DNA from: Candidatus Latescibacterota bacterium
GTDB lineage: Bacteria > Latescibacterota > UBA2968 > UBA8231
Assembly (NCBI GenBank): GCA_965200315.1
Contig: OZ241362.1
Span: 2,272,001 to 2,336,000, forward strand
DNA length: 64,000 nt
Reading direction: 5' to 3'
Position numbers and translations under genes: made by a program. Position 1 is the first letter of the stretch. Every line of letters begins with the position of its first letter. Under the pieces are notes generated by a model, which ran no database searches, was not told where the DNA came from, and was given only the letters and a program-made list of their open reading frames with translations. Of this stretch, positions 57,438 through 64,000 are shown piece by piece.

Positions 57438-58276
57438 GCAGCACTTCTGGGGACACCCTGTCGCTGCGACGCCAGCTCATCCTCTACGCCGCGCTATCCT
57501 TTCTGGCGTTTTGGTTTCTGGTGCCTTTTGTCTGGATGCTCATCACCTCGGTCAAGATGCCAGACGAAGTTTTTTCCCGGCTCCTGCCCTCAGTGCTGCA
57601 TCTAGCCAATTTCGCGGAGATTTTCAATCAACCGACGTTGCCCTTCGGGCGCTATTTTCTCAACAGCACGATCATCACGGTTTTTGGTACGGGGGCGAGT
57701 CTTTTTGCTTCCTCTATTGTGGCTTATGCTTTTGCCCGCCTGAATTTCTTTGGCCGCGACGTGCTATTCGTCGCCGTGCTATCGACCATGATGCTGCCGA
57801 TCGCGGTGACCATGATCCCGACGTTTGTGCTCTTCCAGAAGCTGGGCTGGGTAGATACATTTCTCCCCTTTTTGGCACCAGCCTGTACGGGCAATGCCTT
57901 CCAGATATTCTTTTTGCGCCAGTTTTTTAAGACCCTGCCAATAGATTTGATCGACGCCGCACGCATAGACGGGTGCTCGAATCTGCGCATCTGTCTGTCG
58001 ATTGCCATGCCACTGGCCAAGCCAACGCTGGCGACGCTAGCCATTCTCAGCTTTCTCGGCCTCTGGAACGACTTTATGGGGCCGCTCATTTACCTGCACA
58101 GCAACGAGAAGCGCACGCTGGCGCTAGGGCTGAATGCCTTTGCCGGCATGTACGGCACACAGTGGCATCTGCTCATGGCCGCTTCTGTAGCCGCGACCGT
58201 GCCCATTCTGGTGGTCTTTTTTATGGGGCAGCGCTACTTCGAGCGCGGGCTGGTGATGACGGGGATGAAGGGATAA
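57434..58276 (+). CDS. Sugar ABC transporter permease
   Basis: AYAFARL.F.GR, LRQFFKTLP..L.DAARIDG, WNDFMGPLI. Confidence 0.95.
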   Translation: MSSTSGDTLSLRRQLILYAALSFLAFWFLVPFVWMLITSVKMPDEVFSRLLPSVLHLANFAEIFNQPTLPFGRYFLNSTIITVFGTGASLFASSIVAYAFARLNFFGRDVLFVAVLSTMMLPIAVTMIPTFVLFQKLGWVDTFLPFLAPACTGNAFQIFFLRQFFKTLPIDLIDAARIDGCSNLRICLSIAMPLAKPTLATLAILSFLGLWNDFMGPLIYLHSNEKRTLALGLNAFAGMYGTQWHLLMAASVAATVPILVVFFMGQRYFERGLVMTGMKG

Positions 58277-58389
58277 CGCGCCTTCGTGGACGGATTGACA
58301 TCAAGGTAAGAAGATAGGACGATGCCTGAAGACAGTGGTATCTTCGCCAGCTCGGATAGATGAGATGAGTTGGGTTTTGTCGATCATGA

Positions 58390-59307
58390 TCAATCCGCAT
58401 TTTTAAGCTGCCCTAAAACGTCCATCCCCACCCGTCGACTCCACGCCTCCATCACCCGATGGAATAGAGGACCGGGCTTTCCGTCGCCAATCGGCGTATT
58501 GTTGATGCGCGTACACGGCGCTAGGCAATAGGGAGTGCTCGTCAACCAAGCCTCGTCGGCATTGACCGCGTCGTAGGGCTGCAAATCCTTATCGACCCAG
58601 CCCAGCCCCAACTCAGGTGCCAATTCCCGCAGCGTCACCAAACTCACCCCTTCCAGTATGTTGCGGCTAGTAGGTGTAAAGATCGTATCGTTTTCTACCA
58701 TGACGAAGTTGGCCCCCGAGCACTCGGTGAGGTTGCCGTCCAAGTCGAGCAGCAGCGAAGTGGCGGCCGGATCGACTGCCTGCGATTGCTTGTCGGCCAG
58801 CCAATAGTGTAAGCGCGAGCGGTTTTTGGTCTTGGGGTCAACGCATTGGGGCGGCACGTGGCGGATGGAGGGCGTGACCGCGTGGACACCCTGCTCAAAA
58901 TAGGACCGCCACACGGCAAAGGGCAGCGGAAAGGAGTGGATGCACAACGTGGGCGTCAGACGCACCGATTTCCCCGCGCTGCCGGCGTAGATTTGGTTTT
59001 CCCCGGGCGTTACAAAGTGGACGACTCCCAAATCCTGCTCGGGACCGATCAGTTTACTATTGGTCCCGATCAAGGTCCGCGTACATTCGACCAATCCCTC
59101 GTGGTCCAGTGCCAGCTCGATACCGGCGTATTTACACGACCGCAAAAGCCGCCGCACGTGCTCCTCCAAGCGGAACGGTTCGTGCCGGAACGTGCGGGTC
59201 ATTTCGGTCAGGGTTGCCCCCAGTACGATCCCCAAATCGTAGATATTGATATGGGCCTCGGAAGCGGGGACGAAGCCATCGTTGAGATAGACGATCGGTT
59301 CATTCAT
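58390..59307 (-). CDS. Aminotransferase class IV (branched-chain/D-amino acid type)
   Basis: FRLEEHVRRL..S, KNRSRL, ECSGANF, ILEGVS, ADEAWLTST, IGDGKPGP. Confidence 0.9.
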   Translation of the reverse strand: MNEPIVYLNDGFVPASEAHINIYDLGIVLGATLTEMTRTFRHEPFRLEEHVRRLLRSCKYAGIELALDHEGLVECTRTLIGTNSKLIGPEQDLGVVHFVTPGENQIYAGSAGKSVRLTPTLCIHSFPLPFAVWRSYFEQGVHAVTPSIRHVPPQCVDPKTKNRSRLHYWLADKQSQAVDPAATSLLLDLDGNLTECSGANFVMVENDTIFTPTSRNILEGVSLVTLRELAPELGLGWVDKDLQPYDAVNADEAWLTSTPYCLAPCTRINNTPIGDGKPGPLFHRVMEAWSRRVGMDVLGQLKNAD

Positions 59308-59392
59308 AGCTCGTTATTCTCTTCTCTTAATCGTCTGAATGCCCCCAGCGGCAACGCATCCGCAGATGGGCGCAGAGGAGAGATGATGTCTC

Positions 59393-60205
59393 TCAGTTTT
59401 CAGACGGGTCCTGTGAATCCAAAGCGGCGCAGGCGACGTAAAAATCGCCCGTTGAGGTGGAAAAACCATGCACTTGCTCAACCTCGCGCACAGCCAATTC
59501 CGTGGCCCACCGCACCTTTAGTGTATCGGGAAATTCCACTCCGTCCGTGGCATCCCGCACCAAAATGGTGTTATAGCCCCGCCCGCGCATGGCGCGAATC
59601 CCGTAGTCGCGGCCCAATATACACCAGTTGGTCGCAAAGCCAGCGAAAAGCAAATGCAGCATGCCGCGCTCTTGGCACAAATCGTGCAGTTGCTGGCCCG
59701 TGCCCACCACAAAGTCGCCTTCCGCCACGGCGATATGGGGCGAAAGATCGAGTTGCCCGGTTAAGCTCTCCCAATAGGGACCAATGCCCGGCTCTTGGTC
59801 GCGCGGTCCGCGGAAACAGGCATATACTCCCTGCCGGTTGCGGAACTCAGCCGGCGGCCAACTCGGCGGCGGCCCCGGCTCAGGCGCGGGTGTGCAGCCT
59901 TGGTACACTTCGTACTTATCCGGGAAATTGGCCAAAACTCCGGGACTGGGTGCCTGTACAATGGTCAGGCCGCATTCCCGCGCCCGCCCGATGAGCGGCG
60001 CAATCACCTCTTTGGTCACCGCCTCGGCGCGCTCGATCCAGCTATCGATGTGATGCACGTTCCACAGGTCAATCAGCACCAGCGCGGTCTGCTCGACCGG
60101 CAGGGCAAAGTCCAACTCCCGCACGACGAAATTTTCCTCGCGGCAGGGCACTTCCTTGGGCGTGCTGTCTTGGAAGTATTGCACTTTCAGTTGCAAAGTC
60201 GCCAT
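59393..60205 (-). CDS. Isochorismatase/cysteine hydrolase family protein
   Basis: TALVLIDLW, LLFAGFATNWC, LVRDAT. Confidence 0.82.
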   Translation of the reverse strand: MATLQLKVQYFQDSTPKEVPCREENFVVRELDFALPVEQTALVLIDLWNVHHIDSWIERAEAVTKEVIAPLIGRARECGLTIVQAPSPGVLANFPDKYEVYQGCTPAPEPGPPPSWPPAEFRNRQGVYACFRGPRDQEPGIGPYWESLTGQLDLSPHIAVAEGDFVVGTGQQLHDLCQERGMLHLLFAGFATNWCILGRDYGIRAMRGRGYNTILVRDATDGVEFPDTLKVRWATELAVREVEQVHGFSTSTGDFYVACAALDSQDPSEN

Positions 60206-60216
60206 GGCCTCTCCTC

Positions 60217-60822
60217 TTATCGCAACTCCGCGATCATGTCGTAATTGTTGGTGCCACCGGCCTCAAACTCGCCCACGCGCTGAAAACCGAATTTGGTGTA
60301 GAAGTGGACGGCGCGGGGATTGTCGGCGCGCACACCACCCCACAGCAGCAGGCGCTGCCGCCCCAGCCGTGGCAATAGCCCGAGCAGATGTTGCATCATC
60401 AAACTGCCCAACCCTTGGCCTTGGTACTCGTCGACCACCGAAGGGGCCAAGGTGCAATCGGTCTCGTCGTGCAAGGCCAAGCCCAATGCCTCGTAGCGCT
60501 GGCGATCCCCGGCCCGTACGCCTAGCTCGACGACGAAATACGCCACAATGCGCTCGACCCCCTCCTCCTCGACCCAAGCCAGCATGCGTAGCGTGTGGGC
60601 GCTATCTAACGCAGCGCAAAAGCCATCGGCTGTCTCTTGGTCAAACGGGTGCGGCCCGTACACCCGACGAGTGGCTAGCGACAAGCCGGTGAAGTACGCG
60701 CCTAACTCTGCGGCCTGATCGGCGCGCAAAGGACGGAAGTAAACCCATTGGCCCGAAGCCAACACCTCGCTGGACGAGACCAGATCGGGTTGCGCATCTA
60801 TAGTACTGGGGTCAATCCGCAT
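60217..60822 (-). CDS. GNAT family N-acetyltransferase
   Basis: VVDEYQGQGLGSLM acetyl-CoA motif, NPRAVHFYTKFGF; start ATG 60822. Confidence 0.9.
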   Translation of the reverse strand: MRIDPSTIDAQPDLVSSSEVLASGQWVYFRPLRADQAAELGAYFTGLSLATRRVYGPHPFDQETADGFCAALDSAHTLRMLAWVEEEGVERIVAYFVVELGVRAGDRQRYEALGLALHDETDCTLAPSVVDEYQGQGLGSLMMQHLLGLLPRLGRQRLLLWGGVRADNPRAVHFYTKFGFQRVGEFEAGGTNNYDMIAELR

Positions 60823-60832
60823 GAAAACGCCG

Positions 60833-61372
60833 TCAAACCTGAAGAATGTTGACTTTCCCAAGCAACGCCTGATACGCCACCAGCGCACCGGCCACGTGTA
60901 CATTCATCGACGGCCCCTTGCCGTACATGGGGATATAGACCGCGCCATCGCACAGCGCCAAGGTCTGTCGATAGACGCCCTTGGTCTCGTTGCCGAGCAC
61001 CAAACACACTTTGTCCGGGAAATCGTATTCCAAATAGCACACGGCCCCCTGCACCATTTCCAACGCCACCAAGTGATACCCCTCGTCCCGCAGCGCGTTG
61101 GCCGCCTCGTCCATGCGCCCGATCCGCCGCCACGCTACCCGCCGCTCGTGGCCCCGCGCCGTGCGCTCAATATCTTCGTGCGGCGGCGCGGGCGTCACAC
61201 CCGTAAAAACCAACTCCCGCGCCCCGCACGCATCGGCAATGCGAAACATCGCGCCGACGTTGAGCGGATCTTCGACGCTCTGCAACAGAAAGGCCAGTTC
61301 CACTTTGGGCGGATAGCGCTGCGCCGCGTCCGCAAAGAGCCGCTTCACTTCAACTTTGCGCAAGGGGCGCAT
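60833..61372 (-). CDS. TrmH/SpoU family RNA 2'-O-methyltransferase
   Basis: NVGAMFRIADA, LVLGNETKGV, IPMYG...SMNVHVA; start ATG 61372. Confidence 0.92.
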   Translation of the reverse strand: MRPLRKVEVKRLFADAAQRYPPKVELAFLLQSVEDPLNVGAMFRIADACGARELVFTGVTPAPPHEDIERTARGHERRVAWRRIGRMDEAANALRDEGYHLVALEMVQGAVCYLEYDFPDKVCLVLGNETKGVYRQTLALCDGAVYIPMYGKGPSMNVHVAGALVAYQALLGKVNILQV

Positions 61373-61374
61373 CG

Positions 61375-62202
61375 TCAAAAGCGGATGGCCTTGTACTTCT
61401 TCACGTGCTCGGTAATGGCCACCTCCACCGGCAGCCGCTCCATGCTCGACGCGCCGTAGAAACCATCGACGCCCCGCGTGTTTTGCAACACGTACTCGGC
61501 GTCCTCCGGCTCTGAAATCGGCCCTCCGTGGCACAGCACAATCACCTCCTCGGACACCCCCCGCGCCGCGTCGCATATCGCCTGCACAAACCCCACCGAT
61601 TCCTCCAAAGTCAGAGCGGTCGTCGCGCCAATCGCACCCTTCGTAGTAAGCCCAGCATGCGCTACCACAATATCGGCACCGGCCGCCGCCATCTGCTCGC
61701 CCTCTTCGGGATTAAACGCATAAGGCGTTGTCAACAACCCCATCTCGTGCGCCGTGCGGATCATCTCCACCTCCTCCCTATACCCCATTCCGGTCTCCTC
61801 CAAGTTCTGCCGATACAACCCGTCAATCAGGCCCACGGTCGGAAAATTCTGCACGCCAGAAAACCCAATGGCCTCAACCTCGCGCAAGAAAACATCCATC
61901 TGCCGGAACGGATCTGTGCCGCACACGCCAGCTAACACCGGCGTATCCTCCACCACCGTTAGCACCTCCCCGGCCATGTCCATCACAATCTCATTCGCGT
62001 CCCCATACGGCATGGTACCAGCCAGCGACCCCCGGCCCGCCATGCGAAATCGCCCGGAATTGTAAATCACAATCAAGTCAACTCCGCCGGCCTCCTCGAA
62101 CTTCGCGCTGATCCCGGTCCCGGCTCCTGCGCCGATAAGGGGAACCCCAGCGGCGATGTTCTGCCGCAGCCTCGCGAGCACTTCTTCTCTTGTAAAAGCC
62201 AT
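61375..62202 (-). CDS. TIM-barrel signal-transduction / PEP hydrolase-like protein
   Basis: [48 protein letters not shown]. Confidence 0.92.
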   Translation of the reverse strand: MAFTREEVLARLRQNIAAGVPLIGAGAGTGISAKFEEAGGVDLIVIYNSGRFRMAGRGSLAGTMPYGDANEIVMDMAGEVLTVVEDTPVLAGVCGTDPFRQMDVFLREVEAIGFSGVQNFPTVGLIDGLYRQNLEETGMGYREEVEMIRTAHEMGLLTTPYAFNPEEGEQMAAAGADIVVAHAGLTTKGAIGATTALTLEESVGFVQAICDAARGVSEEVIVLCHGGPISEPEDAEYVLQNTRGVDGFYGASSMERLPVEVAITEHVKKYKAIRF

Positions 62203-62208
62203 GGCCGC

Positions 62209-62622
62209 CTATCCGTTCAACGCCTTTTCTATCCGCACCCCCTCCATCTTCCGCAGCTCGGCTTCCGGCCCAAACGGCGCGTAGATGGCGATCAATTTCA
62301 TGGGGCCGTCCCCATCGTTGACCGTCGAGTGATACACGGCCGTCGGAATGTGTACCAGCTCCCCGGGGCCGATCTCCTTTTCCAGCGTACCCGACTCCAG
62401 CTCCACCGTCTGGATCCCGGTGCCTTCTATCACGTAGAGAATCTCCTCGCTATACGGATGGTTGTGGCGCACGTGGCCCTTGCCCGGTGCCAGATCCACC
62501 ACGCCGCAGCTAAAGTGCTCAGCCGCCGTAACCAGCGGCTCGGAAAGCCAGTTTAGCCGGCCCCAGTCAAAAACTTGAGTCTCTACGTCTGCACATTGTA
62601 CGAACGTCTTTTTCTCGCTCAT
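62209..62622 (-). CDS. Cupin domain protein
   Basis: HNHPYSEEILYVIEG and GELVHIPTAVYHSTVN cupin motifs; start ATG 62622. Confidence 0.9.
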   Translation of the reverse strand: MSEKKTFVQCADVETQVFDWGRLNWLSEPLVTAAEHFSCGVVDLAPGKGHVRHNHPYSEEILYVIEGTGIQTVELESGTLEKEIGPGELVHIPTAVYHSTVNDGDGPMKLIAIYAPFGPEAELRKMEGVRIEKALNG

Positions 62623-63851
62623 CACGCTCCTGCTTTCTCGGCAATTAGCTCCAGCAGCAGCGCGGTCGCCGCGGCTGCAAACGCTGGATCGTTGATGTTG
62701 TGATCGACTTCGCGGACGAGAATGCCTTCGTCCAAGTTGGCTTTGAGGGCGTCGCCAAAGGCGCGGTCGGCTGCGCGGTCGCAAAACAGCTCGCCATCGC
62801 CATCGAGGATCGACACGCCCCTGAGCGGAATGAGCACAGCGACCGGGCCTTGGGCCGCGTTGAGCTTTGCGGCAAATATCCGGCCCATCTGTGCATTCTC
62901 CTCGGCATTGGTGCGCATCAAGGTCACTTCTGGGTTCCACTCGTAAAAGAGCCGTGTGCCGTCTTTGTATTTTTGCGGCACCGCATCCATGCCGCCAAAA
63001 TTGGCCATATCCACGCAGCCGGGGACCACGAGCTGGGGCAAACCCGCTCGGCCCGCCGCGCTCAAGCGGTCTGGACCCGCACTGAAGACGCCGCCGCACA
63101 CTTCGTCGGCCCACTCGGTGGTGGTGATGTCCAGCACCGCATCCACCAAGCCCTCGTCAATGAGCGACTCCATGGTGCGGCCGCCGGTGCCCGTGGCGTG
63201 AAAGACCAAGACCTCGTACCCGCTCGCCGTTAGGGCCTCGCTGCACGAGTTTACGCATTCGGTGGTGTTGCCAAACATCGACGCCACGACAATCGGTTTG
63301 TCGTCGCCAGCCGGTGCTGGCTCGGCTTCGACCATGCCGCAGATCGCGCCAGCGGCTCGCGTAAAAATCACCCGCGAAATCCGATTGACCCCGGCCACAT
63401 CCACAATCGACGGAATGAGCACGACGTCCTTGCTGCCCACGTATGCTCCTGTATCGCCAGCCGCCACCGTCGAAACGCACACCTTGGGCACCCCTACCGG
63501 TAGAGCGCGCATAGCCGCGGTCACCACACTGCTGCCGCCGGACCCGCCCATGCCGACGATGCCGTCAAACCGGCCCTCGGCGTATCCTTGCGCCGCCACC
63601 TTGGCCGCGCCCTCACCTATAGCTTTCATGGCAGCACCGCGATCGCCAGCCGTGCGCAGCGACTCCAGCGATGCACCAGCGGCCGCGGCCACTTCGCTGG
63701 CATCCACGTCCACGGCAAAGGCTTCGCACCCCCCCATAACGCCCGTGTTTACCGACAGAACCTCGTGGCCGCGAGCCAAAATCTGCTCGCGCAAGAAGGC
63801 GTATTCCACGCCCTTGGTGTCAAACGCACCAACCATCATGATTGTAGACAT
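62622..63851 (-). CDS. Tm-1-like ATP-binding protein (UPF0261)
   Basis: FDTKGVE, GGSGGS, LPVGVPKVCVST, SMFGNTT, FHATGTGG, DITTTE, PGCVDMANF, LMRT, INDPAFA. Confidence 0.93.
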   Translation of the reverse strand: MSTIMMVGAFDTKGVEYAFLREQILARGHEVLSVNTGVMGGCEAFAVDVDASEVAAAAGASLESLRTAGDRGAAMKAIGEGAAKVAAQGYAEGRFDGIVGMGGSGGSSVVTAAMRALPVGVPKVCVSTVAAGDTGAYVGSKDVVLIPSIVDVAGVNRISRVIFTRAAGAICGMVEAEPAPAGDDKPIVVASMFGNTTECVNSCSEALTASGYEVLVFHATGTGGRTMESLIDEGLVDAVLDITTTEWADEVCGGVFSAGPDRLSAAGRAGLPQLVVPGCVDMANFGGMDAVPQKYKDGTRLFYEWNPEVTLMRTNAEENAQMGRIFAAKLNAAQGPVAVLIPLRGVSILDGDGELFCDRAADRAFGDALKANLDEGILVREVDHNINDPAFAAAATALLLELIAEKAGA

Positions 63852-63869
63852 AACGCTTTCCTTTTAGGA

Positions 63870-63962
63870 GTGGTCAGTGATCAGTGACCAGTGGTCAGTC
63901 CCTGCCTCCCTACCCATAGGGCGCAGTGGGGACTGATCACCGACCACCGACCACCGACCACT
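63870..63962 (-). repeat. Inverted heptamer-repeat hairpin
   Basis: GTGGTCA GTGATCA GTGACCA GTGGTCA GTCCC ... GGGAC TGATCAC CGACCAC CGACCAC CGACCAC. Confidence 0.8.
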
Positions 63963-64000
63963 GTTCTATCGCCATCGCCGCAACCGGCGGGCATTCATCA

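Noticed and set aside
58846-59994. 382-aa plus-strand ORF
   Set aside because: Antisense to two well-supported genes, with no motifs or RBS.
63966-64000. 3' end of an upstream minus-strand gene (…MNARRLRRWR*)
   Set aside because: Too short to assign a product.

Overview
GC-rich bacterial chromosomal window with about 58 genes. No rRNA, tRNA, cas gene, integrase or transposase was recognised. Gene content (PorX-like regulator next to tsaE, FlgD/T9SS-like C-terminal domains, a C-terminal 'TAVE..SW.KIK' motif, CRTAC1/ASPIC, ankyrin and TPR proteins) suggests an FCB-group organism, probably Ca. Latescibacterota or a relative and possibly host-associated; this is inference. Metabolic and housekeeping blocks: ctaA, a PurO-like cyclohydrolase, rpsU, a cold-shock protein, frdABCD, sugar-acid dehydratases, zwf-glk, glyA, xylulokinase, a sugar ABC transporter and a Tm-1/cupin/TIM-barrel cluster. 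Two signals stand out. (1) Two degenerate type I-C CRISPR-like repeats with a 16-nt spacer whose last base abuts the frdA start codon (7070-7148), a possible CRISPR-derived cis-regulator of a respiratory operon. (2) A roughly 16 kb co-oriented cluster of mostly uncharacterised envelope genes (38052-54341): PPIase, a secreted protein with a short C-terminal tag, a lipoprotein, three paralogues with hybrid T9SS-like CTDs all ending in -AY, a large putative barrel, CRTAC1 and TPR. It looks like a dedicated secretion or surface-display system. All assignments come from reading motifs by eye; no database searches were run.
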